A program made the translations under genes and the position numbers. Below the pieces are notes generated by a model. It was given only the letters and a program-made list of their open reading frames with translations. It was not told the DNA's origin and searched no databases. A stretch of 64,000 bases of DNA from Desulfatiglandales bacterium (GTDB lineage Bacteria; Desulfobacterota; DSM-4660; Desulfatiglandales; HGW-15): contig CAXXJJ010000001.1 of the NCBI GenBank assembly GCA_963667015.2, positions 1,472,001-1,536,000 on the forward strand, in the 5' to 3' direction. Positions 10,034-19,600 of this stretch are shown piece by piece. The first letter of the stretch is position 1. Every line of letters starts with the position of its first letter.

Positions 10034-13000
10034 TTATTTTTTTCCTTGAATAATGAGGTCTCCAAATGTCTCATCCGCATCACGTATAGCTATTGATTTA
10101 AGCCAATACCGGGCCTGATTGGGTTTTACCAAATAAATTGTATTACCTTCATACATCCTTAAAATTCTGATGATTCTTGAATTCCTGTTTACATTATTCT
10201 GGATTAATGTATATAAGGCATCTTCAAGTTCGTCTGTCATGCCCTCTAATATTTCTGGTTTATCTTTATAATAAAAGGGAAGACAAATAAAAGAACCGGT
10301 TTTTGCCTTCAATGGTTTATATGGCCTGAATTCTTTATACACTGAATTTAAAACCTTGCAGTATATGTCTGAAAATTGATCTAATTTTTCACCACTTACA
10401 GGTTTTTCGGCAATGGAGTTCTCCCCTTTGCCTCGAAAATCGAGCATGTAATCCAGAACATCTTCCACAAGTATCTGTTCCATATCTGTAAGTTCTAGCT
10501 CTTTTTCATCTTCAGGATATGGTAGAGATTCGATATCCTTTTTTAAAATAGCTGTTGCTCGACTTACCATGTAACTCCCACTAAAAGCAGCAACGTAAAA
10601 TAAGTAGGTTCTATTATTTTTTATTCTTTTCTCAATTTCTCGCAGGAGTTCAACTTTTTCGGGGGCATGAATGCCTATCACGCCATGTCGAAAAGAAAGG
10701 TTATCATTTCGAAACTCGATGGGTATTGATTTTTTTGCAACTCCTTCTTTAATCAATAAATGAGGTTTTAAGAATATTTCTTTTTTTGTTTTAACTGATC
10801 GATGAAAGTATGCTTCATTTAAGATGTAAATTTTTTTATCATCAATTCCCTTATAGGTAAATGCATTTTCAGGCAATGTATATTTCCCCGTAAGGTATTC
10901 AGCTCTTTCATATTTTTTCTTCAGTTTAGTTAAACTTAATCTTTCTTTTTCTGATAAATTTTGTATCTTTTTTTCCAATTCAATAAGTTCATCTATTTCG
11001 GTTTTCTTTCCAACTTTAAATCCTTCGGCAATTTTCCAGCTATATTTTTTTTCATTATATTTTAAATAACCGCCTAAAGTTCTAACATCCGTAAACCTAG
11101 CCATTATATGCTTAAGTCTCCCGCCACCCAGTAAGTTTGACTTCCATATAAGTCTGTTTTCTAAGGCTTCATTGTAAGAAATCCGGTGGAAATCATAATG
11201 GTCTATCTCAAAGAATAGCTTTTCCTTTGCTGGCTTAGTTCTCCTCACAGTCACATGAAGAATATCCTTCTGAACCGGGGCCTGTTTTTTTGCAAAAACA
11301 ACTACCACAGCCACATTTGAGCTTTCAAAAAGAATTGAGCTTAAAAATGTGAAATCAATAAGTTGAGGTACATGATAAGAGCTTAGAAAATAATTTCTGA
11401 ATTTTAATGAGTAATGGTTATATAGAAAAGAGCCTGCAGGTATTATCAAACAGATCGCCCCATCCTCTTTACAAAGCCTCATGGCTTGCTCAAGGAAAAG
11501 TAATGCGATCTGCTTATGTGGTAATTTGGGCCTGATTTTTATATTTTGTTTCTCAATATCCAATGCTGCAGGCGTTAATTTAGCGACAAATGGTGGATTG
11601 CCAATAACAATATCAAAATCGTCTTTAAAAAAACCAGCGGTTATCAGCTTAAAAAAATCACTACATATGAGGTTGCTTTCCAGCAGATTATCAAATTTAA
11701 GATTCTCCCATATTACCTTAGGAGATAATTCATCCAATAAGGCCAAACTCAGGCTGAAAAACGTTAAACGCACAGCCTCTTCCTCTTTGTCTACGCCGAA
11801 AATATTGCTTTTAAGGATATTTTTCAGTTCACTCAGATCATCAACTCCTGGTTTTTTCCAATTATTTCGGATTCTCCACCACTGGATCATTCTCCGGAAT
11901 GCTGCAACGAGAAACACACCGGATCCGCAAGCAGGGTCAAGAACTTTGGAGTTAATCTTATGAGTATCGTTAAGAGGCATCTGTTCATCAATTAAAAAAT
12001 TAACCAGATATGGTGGGGTATAAACAACTCCTTCTTTAGACTCCAGAAACTCTTCATAAATATTGCTTATTATTTCTATTGGCAGGTCATTGAAAGAGTA
12101 AAGCCGCCAGAATGAGTATTGGTTGTTTTCAACCTTACCTTCAAAGAAAACGGCGAAATCAGTAAGGTCGGTGGCTTTTAATAGTGCCCGTTCTTTTTCA
12201 TCTTTCCACTTAAAGATATTGCCATTAAAACATTTATCGCTTCCTAAATAATCAAAGAGTTCTAGACAAGCACCTTGCTTTTTTAATGCACTTATGAAGT
12301 CATTCCCGTCACAAAACTTTTGAAAGAAACCGGGAGGAAACACTTTTGCTCCATGTTCATCCTCTCTTTCCTCAAGGTACTTAACAAGAATAGACATCAC
12401 AAGTAGCTTTTGAGCCATCTGTTTATCAATTGTATTGCTTTCTATGATCTTTTTTCTTAAGCGTTTTAACTCATTAAGCAATTTCAGATAGGCTGTTTCA
12501 GACTGGCTGAACTTGTTTTTATATTTTGAGTTGCTCCAAAAGGTGCCATTATCAAATCTTTTAGCTGAAAAGTCTTCAATCTTTTCCTGTTCATGTTCAA
12601 GCTCTTTTTTTACTTTAGCAGCAAGATTGATAGTTAAAAATGGATCGGATGAAATTGCCGCAGTATCCCGATCAACTTCAGGTGCTTTCAGGCAGTTAAA
12701 GATTTTTATTTCGGTTTTATAGAAAATAAAAAAAAGCGGGACTTGTCCCGAATTCCATAATTTTTTGTATAATTCTCCTACCTTTTGTTCATCTTCATTA
12801 CTCTCAGTATAATCATATATATAAATTTGGGGGATAGGTGGCCTGCCATCATCAAATTTTCTGAAATATACAGCAGTTGCACCATATTTTTTTGCATATT
12901 CCAACGCTATGATTTCATATGGATCAGATCTTTTGTCATCAACGAAAACTAGACCTGTCGAATGACCTCTTTCCGAGATCATATCGAATTTTAAAAGCAT

Positions 13001-13036
13001 TTCGTTTAAGGCCTTGTTGGGGAGACTATTTTGCAT
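10034..13036 (-). CDS. Large N6-adenine DNA methyltransferase (type IIG/Eco57I-like architecture with probable TRD)
   Basis: GVVYTPPYLV, VLDPACGSGVFL (motif I), IFGVD, DIVIGNPPF (motif IV); 1000 aa; low GC. Confidence 0.92.
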   Translation of the reverse strand: MQNSLPNKALNEMLLKFDMISERGHSTGLVFVDDKRSDPYEIIALEYAKKYGATAVYFRKFDDGRPPIPQIYIYDYTESNEDEQKVGELYKKLWNSGQVPLFFIFYKTEIKIFNCLKAPEVDRDTAAISSDPFLTINLAAKVKKELEHEQEKIEDFSAKRFDNGTFWSNSKYKNKFSQSETAYLKLLNELKRLRKKIIESNTIDKQMAQKLLVMSILVKYLEEREDEHGAKVFPPGFFQKFCDGNDFISALKKQGACLELFDYLGSDKCFNGNIFKWKDEKERALLKATDLTDFAVFFEGKVENNQYSFWRLYSFNDLPIEIISNIYEEFLESKEGVVYTPPYLVNFLIDEQMPLNDTHKINSKVLDPACGSGVFLVAAFRRMIQWWRIRNNWKKPGVDDLSELKNILKSNIFGVDKEEEAVRLTFFSLSLALLDELSPKVIWENLKFDNLLESNLICSDFFKLITAGFFKDDFDIVIGNPPFVAKLTPAALDIEKQNIKIRPKLPHKQIALLFLEQAMRLCKEDGAICLIIPAGSFLYNHYSLKFRNYFLSSYHVPQLIDFTFLSSILFESSNVAVVVVFAKKQAPVQKDILHVTVRRTKPAKEKLFFEIDHYDFHRISYNEALENRLIWKSNLLGGGRLKHIMARFTDVRTLGGYLKYNEKKYSWKIAEGFKVGKKTEIDELIELEKKIQNLSEKERLSLTKLKKKYERAEYLTGKYTLPENAFTYKGIDDKKIYILNEAYFHRSVKTKKEIFLKPHLLIKEGVAKKSIPIEFRNDNLSFRHGVIGIHAPEKVELLREIEKRIKNNRTYLFYVAAFSGSYMVSRATAILKKDIESLPYPEDEKELELTDMEQILVEDVLDYMLDFRGKGENSIAEKPVSGEKLDQFSDIYCKVLNSVYKEFRPYKPLKAKTGSFICLPFYYKDKPEILEGMTDELEDALYTLIQNNVNRNSRIIRILRMYEGNTIYLVKPNQARYWLKSIAIRDADETFGDLIIQGKK

Positions 13037-13043
13037 TTTGCTT

Positions 13044-13298
13044 CTATCTCCACAGAGACAATTGTGGGTTGTTATATTCGTCTTCTGCCCTTTTAAATGC
13101 AGCCTTGGTTTTCATATCATATGTTGAGATATATTCCCAAGCCCGTTTCACCAGAAAAAGATCCTTATCAGAGAAATCATTATAATTTAGGGAACCTCTT
13201 TCAATTTTTATTGGACTGAGATATCCAGCTCTAACAAAATAAGTGAGTTTATCATGGGTAAGGCCATCAACGACTTGTAAGATATCCCCAGCATTCAT
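13044..13298 (-). CDS. Small MerR-like HTH regulator
   Basis: LTHDKLTYFVRAGYLSP...NDFSDKDL MerR-like pattern; first gene of the operon. Confidence 0.65.
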   Translation of the reverse strand: MNAGDILQVVDGLTHDKLTYFVRAGYLSPIKIERGSLNYNDFSDKDLFLVKRAWEYISTYDMKTKAAFKRAEDEYNNPQLSLWR

Positions 13299-13352
13299 TT
13301 TTTTTCTCTACTTATTCTATTTAATTAAATGGTATCAATGTGTGAGAAGATG

Positions 13353-13398
13353 ATTTGTACTTGTACAAATACATATACAAGTCTAGGTAAAATGTCAA
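13353..13398 (-). promoter_or_regulatory. Promoter/operator of the HTH-MTase-nuclease operon
   Basis: TTGACA on the minus strand (13398-13393); overlapping inverted repeats ATTTGTAC-tt-GTACAAAT (13353-13370) and ACTTGTA...TACAAGT (13359-13382). Confidence 0.6.
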
Positions 13399-13563
13399 GA
13401 AAAGAGTTTATTTTATGCTGTCAAAAAATGCCTAGACAATACGAACATAAGAGTGCCCTTGCACGTACTATAGAGTTTGTGAAGGAAATGGAATGGTGTT
13501 TTGTTTTTTATGGCCAGACCTCCAGTTCAAGTTGGTTATTTACCTTTTTATTCTATCATTGAA

Positions 13564-13675
13564 AACCCCGTCCTTTGGGCGGGGTCAGAGTCATTTGGCT
13601 CTGCCTAAAAATATGTTTTTGAAATCGCGGTGGCGAAGCCATGAATTGGGCATACTACCCCGGCCTCTGGCCCTT
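13564..13675. mobile_element. Non-autonomous IS200/IS605-like (MITE) remnant
   Basis: ACCCCGTCCTTTGGGCGGGGT hairpin and a second ACCCCGGCCTCTGGCC end. Confidence 0.45.
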
Positions 13676-13752
13676 ACAATTACCCAAAAAAATGCTGGAC
13701 AGTCATAAACCGGAATTATTTTAAAGAGGAGCTCAACCATAGCCACCATCGT

Positions 13753-13853
13753 CAATTAGTACCTCGGGATGATAGGCTGCTCGAATTCTGGACAGCCAGA
13801 ACCATAGGATATTCCTCTGCTCTTTGGACTATCTTCTTATAATGTGATTCTAC
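13753..13853 (-). pseudogene. IS4/Tn5-like transposase fragment
   Basis: Reads VESHYKKIVQRAEEYPMVLAVQNSSSL, resembling the IS4-family H...R....VVLAVQDTT segment. Confidence 0.45.
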
Positions 13854-13902
13854 CATTTCGTTTGTTAGCCAATATATATACCGCCGGTTGTTTTTCTTCC
13901 AT
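13837..13902 (-). pseudogene. GIY-YIG nuclease 5' fragment
   Basis: MEEKQPAVYILANKRNG is the typical start of small GIY-YIG proteins; it then fuses into unrelated sequence. Confidence 0.65.
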
Positions 13903-13951
13903 TTTACAGCATTGAATTTTTCTCAATAAAATATTGACCTGGGAAAACCTG

Positions 13952-14033
13952 CACGTCATTCCCCGAGTCGGGGAATGACGTGTCTGCAAATATGGTTAAA
14001 GGCCGTCATTCAACGGCTGGACCGTGGAATCCA
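13952..14033. repeat. Two GTCATTC-type REP-like palindromes
   Basis: CACGTCATTCCCCGAGTCGGGGAATGACGTG near-perfect hairpin; CGTCATTCAACGGCTGGACCGTGGAATCCAG. Confidence 0.7.
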
Positions 14034-14130
14034 GAATCAAAAAGAGTTCATCCTTCTGCTATTAAGGGGCGGTACAAATTGTACCCTCCCTGCAAAGTCA
14101 GGTTAATTGCGATTATTGCCTATACAACAC

Positions 14131-14259
14131 TTATACTATCTTCTGATACCGCACAGGTTTTGCCAGCTTTTTAACCTTCTTTTCATCAACAGCTTTTTTC
14201 AGCCAGGCATTTAGCTGGGTTTTGTTTACCTCTAAATCTTCAGAAAGCACATCTAATAA
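14131..14259 (-). pseudogene. C-terminal winged-helix fragment resembling a DprA-like protein
   Basis: LLDVLSEDLEVNKTQLNAWLKKAVDEKKVKKLAKPVRYQKIV*; no start codon, cut by the repeat at 14257. Confidence 0.5.
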
Positions 14260-14322
14260 ATCGGTAAATCGGGTCGGTAAATCGGGGTCGGACCAAGTTA
14301 TTAAATCGGGGTCGGACCAAGC
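14257..14322 (+). repeat. Stuttered TAAATCGGGGTCGGACCAAG repeats (REP-like ends)
   Basis: Two full and two partial tandem copies. Confidence 0.75.
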
Positions 14323-14606
14323 TATACAACTGTTATCATTATGAATGTATTAGAATTTAGCTTGTTTTTAACCCTCAAAAGCCTGTTTTTGATGTCAAAA
14401 TGATTGTTTTAAGCTGCAGTAGTGGGATCTGTGATGTGTTATATGGGTATGGGGAAAAATTCAGCCGTCTTAGTAAAAAAGGGCAAAAGTTTTTTTGCCC
14501 CTACAACGCCGGGACATGGAGGGCGGAGATCGCAGTGAAAAACAGAGGTTGAGAAATACCAGTGGTCAGAAATCAGAAGTCAGAGGGCAGAATTCAAATT
14601 TACTAT

Positions 14607-14787
14607 TCATTGGCTGCCCGGGGTTTTTTCATCATCAACATTTTTCAATACTATTTTTCCATTTTTATATAGAACCAGCGGCGCTCCTTTATCTCCTGCT
14701 GTTTTTCGGGCAGTTTGACCAGCCCTTTTAAGCTCTTATTCAATCCTGCAAGATCAGAGTCATTGATTGTTTTTTTGGTATAGTCAT
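14607..14787 (-). pseudogene. Small protein with two 1-nt deletions, resembling the small partners of zeta-toxin-like kinases
   Basis: RBS AAGGAG; repaired reading MTIPKKTINDSDLAGLNKSLKRAGQTARKTAGDKGAPLVLYKNGKIV. Confidence 0.45.
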
Positions 14788-14918
14788 ATGTTTTCTCCTT
14801 ATTATGAGTTTCACCGGCTTACCTTTATACTGGTTGTATTTAAACCTTAAGAGGAATAGAATGAAAAATAGAACGCCTTAAAATATCTGATTAAAAATAT
14901 GTTAAAGGGTCAGGGACA

Positions 14919-15884
14919 ATGAATCAGCTGAAGTGGTTTTTTCACCCGATGATTGTTTTTATTTTTTCCGTCGTGGCCGTGTGCCTGTCCCTTGTCCTGT
15001 ATATCTACTGGTATGTGGAGATCAGTACAGGTCTGAAAAGGGTCCTGGAGAAGGCTAATATGGGTCCTGATCAGGCCCTGGCATCTCAAACCTGGGTGGT
15101 AATCATGGTACTTTCCATACTGGTGGGTATCATTCTTATGGGACTGTTTTTCATTTTTGTCTACAATCAGAAGACCTTCCAGCTTTATCGTCTTCAGCGA
15201 AACTTTATTGACAATTTCACCCACGAATTAAAGACTCCGGTCACTTCACTAAAACTATACCTCGAGACATTTCAGAAACACGAGTTTCCAAGGGACGAGC
15301 AGATCAAATATATCGGTTATATGGTCCAGGATGCTGACCGTTTATCAAACAATATAACCCGTATCCTGGATCTCGCCAGGATCGAAAGCAGATCATACAA
15401 GGCGAAATTCGTAATAGAGGATCTTGTTGCTGCCACTGAAAAATTTATTCAAAAAAACAGTCATCTCTTTACAGGCAGCGAGATAAAAATACACAACCCT
15501 TCGGAAAAGGCATTTTTATATCCTGTCAGCCGCTCTCTGTTTGAAATGCTGCTGATGAATCTTATCACTAATGGAATCAAGTACAATGAATCTGAAATTC
15601 CCCGGCTGGATATAACATTCAATCAGGGGATCAGGCGAATGAGAATTCACTTTGAAGATAACGGGATCGGAATTCCAAAGGCGGAAATCAAAAAAATCTT
15701 CCGCAAGTTTTACCAGATCGGCCGGTCAAAGGATATGACTGCAAAAGGCACTGGAATTGGCCTGCATCTGGTTGAAAGTATTGCCCGGATTCATAGGGGT
15801 AAAATTGTTGCCAGATCAAAAGAGGATGACAGTGGTTCTGTGTTTTCATTGATTCTTCCCCTTAAAGGTCTCAAGGCTTCTTGA
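14919..15884 (+). CDS. Membrane sensor histidine kinase
   Basis: Two TM helices, FTHELKTP H-box, NLITNGIKY, DNGIGI, GTGIGL. Confidence 0.95.
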   Translation: MNQLKWFFHPMIVFIFSVVAVCLSLVLYIYWYVEISTGLKRVLEKANMGPDQALASQTWVVIMVLSILVGIILMGLFFIFVYNQKTFQLYRLQRNFIDNFTHELKTPVTSLKLYLETFQKHEFPRDEQIKYIGYMVQDADRLSNNITRILDLARIESRSYKAKFVIEDLVAATEKFIQKNSHLFTGSEIKIHNPSEKAFLYPVSRSLFEMLLMNLITNGIKYNESEIPRLDITFNQGIRRMRIHFEDNGIGIPKAEIKKIFRKFYQIGRSKDMTAKGTGIGLHLVESIARIHRGKIVARSKEDDSGSVFSLILPLKGLKAS

Positions 15885-15898
15885 ATATAGGATTATTT

Positions 15899-16645
15899 AT
15901 GGCGGATTTAACAAATAAACGTGTACTGGTGGTGGAGGATGAGTCTCATCTGTCTGAAGGTCTTAAACTGAACCTGTCTCTGAAGGGATATGATGTCATG
16001 ATCGCGGCCGATGGGAGTTCAGCGCTCCGGAGGTGGAAGGAATGGGAACCCGACCTGATCGTCCTTGACATCATGCTTCCCAAAATTGACGGGCTGTCGG
16101 TGCTCAGAAAAATCCGGCTTGAAGATGAACGTATTCCCATCCTGATCCTGTCTGCAAAAGGCTCATCCGATGATAAAATAAAGGGGCTTACCTATGGTGT
16201 TGACGATTACCTTGCAAAGCCCTTTAACCTGGATGAGTTTTTACTTCGGGTGGACCGGCTGGCTACACGGGGTGACTGGACCCGTGAAGGGGCAGATTCG
16301 AAGGACAGGGATATATCTTCTCTTCCCAGGTTCTATAATTTCGGCGGGAACAGGATCGACTTCCAGACCCTGAAAGCGCAATGCCCCTCCGGCCAGATCA
16401 CTCTTACCGAGCAGGAAGCCAGGCTTTTAAGGCTTTTTATTGCCAATCGCGGCAAACCCCTTTCGAGAAAAAAGCTCCTGGAAATAGGCTGGGGTTATGC
16501 AAGGGGTACCTCAACCCGCACAATTGATAATTTCATTGTCAGATTCCGCAAGTATTTTGAGCGGGATCCCAAAAAACCGGTTCATTTCAAAAGTCTTCGG
16601 TCAGTCGGCTATATCTTTGATCATGAATCGGATAAAAATGTCTGA
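15899..16645 (+). CDS. OmpR-family response regulator
   Basis: VLVVEDE, LDIMLP, KPF, winged HTH TRTIDNFIVRFRKYFE. Confidence 0.95.
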   Translation: MADLTNKRVLVVEDESHLSEGLKLNLSLKGYDVMIAADGSSALRRWKEWEPDLIVLDIMLPKIDGLSVLRKIRLEDERIPILILSAKGSSDDKIKGLTYGVDDYLAKPFNLDEFLLRVDRLATRGDWTREGADSKDRDISSLPRFYNFGGNRIDFQTLKAQCPSGQITLTEQEARLLRLFIANRGKPLSRKKLLEIGWGYARGTSTRTIDNFIVRFRKYFERDPKKPVHFKSLRSVGYIFDHESDKNV

Positions 16646-19600
16646 CCATCTCAATATACTCGGGATAGATATAGGTTCGGTTACTATATCCGTCGCTGAA
16701 ATCGGCCCTGAAAAAGAAATCATCAAAACAGCATATCAATTTCATCACGGTAATATCCCGGAAACCCTTACTGAAATATTAAACGCGTTTTCTTCGGAGC
16801 ATATTTCCGGAATAGCTGCCACATCCTCAACCCCGTCGATTATCAGGGCAGTTCGCAGGTATGACAACCGGCTTGCCATTATTGCGGCCGCGCGGTATTT
16901 TCATGAAAAAATCGGCGCCATCCTGGTTGTGGGCGGAGAGACCTTCAGCCTGATAGGCTTTGACAGGGATGGCCACTATCGAAGTTTCAGGACCAATACC
17001 TCCTGCGCGGCAGGTACAGGCAGTTTTCTTGATCAGCAGGCCCGGCGGTTGAACCTGCGTGACACCAGGGAGCTGAGTGACAGGGCCTTCAGTAACAGCA
17101 GCAGCATCCCCGGCATTGCGTCAAGGTGCGCTGTTTTTGCAAAGACCGACCTGGTTCACGCCCAGCAGGAAGGGTACAGCCTGGAACAGATCTGTGACGG
17201 CCTGTGCTATGGCCTGGCGCGTAATATTACAGACACACTTACCATGGACAGGGATCTGCTTGAACCGGTCATTTTTACGGGAGGAGTTTGCAGGAACAGG
17301 GCCGTGTTTAAGCATATAAAATCCATTACCGGTAAGGAGGTTATCCCGGATGAGACAGGGGTTTACGGGGCAATAGGCGCGGCATTTCTCTTGGCTGAGG
17401 AGTGCTGTGGTGATAAAAAGGAATCCTGCACATCGTTGAATGATCTGGTGCACCGGGAGACCTCTCAAAAAAAATATTTCCATGAACCGCTTATGCTGAA
17501 CCTCTCGGAACATCCTGACTTTGACGGTATTGAACATTATGAATATCAGGACAGCAATGCCGCAGATCTCCATTCCGTGGAGGTGGATATCTATAAAACC
17601 CTGACACCCCTGAGTGATATTGAGCTCCTTCTCGGCCTGGATGTGGGATCAACAAGCACCAAGGCGGTTCTCATGGACAGGGCAGGGGAGGTCCTTGCCG
17701 GCTTTTACACGGGCACTGCCGGAAGACCGGTTGCGGCGGTCCAGAGACTGTTTTCATCCATTGCGGACATGTCGGAAAATAAGAAAGCAGTCATCAGGAT
17801 TGCAGGGGCCGCATCAACAGGGGCGGGCAGGAAATTTGCCGGAAAGATCATGGGTGCGGACATTGTCATTGACGAGATTTCCGCGCATGCCCGGGCAGCC
17901 AGGGAGATCGATCCTGATGTGGACACCATCATCGAGATAGGCGGGCAGGACTCGAAATTCACCACCCTGAAAAACGGCATGGTTACATTCTCGATAATGA
18001 ATAACGTATGTGCCGCCGGGACCGGAAGTTTTATCGAGGAGCAGGCCAGGAAGCTCAACTGTCCTTTGTCTGAATATTCAAAAAGGGCTGAAGGGTGCAG
18101 ATCACCCATTGTAAGCGACAGGTGCACCGTGTTTATGGAAAGGGACATGAACCACTACATGTCAGAGGGGTATTCCGTGGACGAGGTGCTCGCCTCCGTG
18201 CTACATGCCATAAGAGAAAACTACCTGACCAAAGTGGCAGTTGAAGGCAGCATTGGAAACAACATATTCTTTCAGGGCGCAACAGCAAAAAACAGGGCGC
18301 TTGTGGCGGCCTTTGAACAGCGGCTTCAAAAACCCATACATGTCTCCAGGTACTGTCACCTGACCGGGGCATGGGGGGCTGCCCTGACCCTCCTGGATGA
18401 GTTTTCAGTGGAGACCGGTTTCAGGGGTATTGACTTATGTGAAAAAAATATAGAAGTGTCCTCCGAAACATGTGATTTTTGCACGAATCACTGCAAGATA
18501 ACCGTGGCAGATGTGGAAGGGGAAAAGGTTGCATATGGATTTCTGTGCGGAAGGGATTATGATACAAAGCAGTACATAGAAAAAAACCTTTCCGGATTCG
18601 ATCTCCTGAAGGAGAGAAAAAAGGTCTTTTCCTTTGATCCGGCCAGGCCCGATTCAGCGGAGATAACGGTCGGCATTCCTGCGGGTCTACATATGTATGA
18701 GGATATGGATTTCTGGAGGTTTTTTTTCAATGAGCTTTCCATCGGTACTGTCACAAGTGAAGGGTGCAAAGACGCACTGAGAGAGGGTAAACATATAGCA
18801 GGTGCCGAATTCTGCGCACCCATGGCAGCCCTCTATGGACATGTCAGTTACCTTATGAAGAGAGCAGACTATGTTTTTCTTCCCTTTTACCTGGATAAAA
18901 AACCTGCTGAAAAAGGGGTAAGGCGCCAGTACTGCTATTATACACAGTTTTCACCCTCTCTGATAACACTGTCAGGAGATGAAAAGTATGCAGCAAAGAT
19001 ACTTACTCCCCTTGTTAATTCAATACACGATTCCCTTTACACGAAGACCCGGCTCCACCTTATGCTTAAATCCATAACAAAACACCCTGTCGGTTTTATC
19101 GAGGTTTCCAGGGCATATGACAGGGCTTCGGAATACAGGAAAGAGTGTATTGCCCGGTGGAAAGAGATATATGAAAAGGAAAACCGAAAGAACGATAAAC
19201 TGGGGATTATGCTGGTTGGAAGACCATACACGGTTCTGTCAAAATTTATGAACAAGGGTATTCCAGGCATATTTGCTTCGCTGGGTATCAGGGTGTTTTT
19301 TCAGGACATGCTGTCTTTTCCGGATAACAACGGGGCATTCATGGAGGGCCTTCTCAGGGAGATACACTGGAATTACGCATCGGAAATACTCAGGGCAGCT
19401 CATGAAATTGCCCGGACCCCGGGGGTGTATCCGGTTTTAATCACATCTTTCAGGTGCTCTCCGGACTCCTTTGCCATAGATTACTTTAAAAAGATAATGG
19501 AGTCCTTTGAAAAACCCTATCTCATCCTGCAGCTGGATGAACATGAATCGAGCGTAGGTTATGAGACACGGATTGAGGCGGCAATCAGGTCCTTTGAAAA

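Noticed and set aside
16497..16637. 47-aa N-terminal extension of the CoA activase
   Set aside because: It overlaps the response regulator; homology starts at MSDHLNILGIDIGS (16638)
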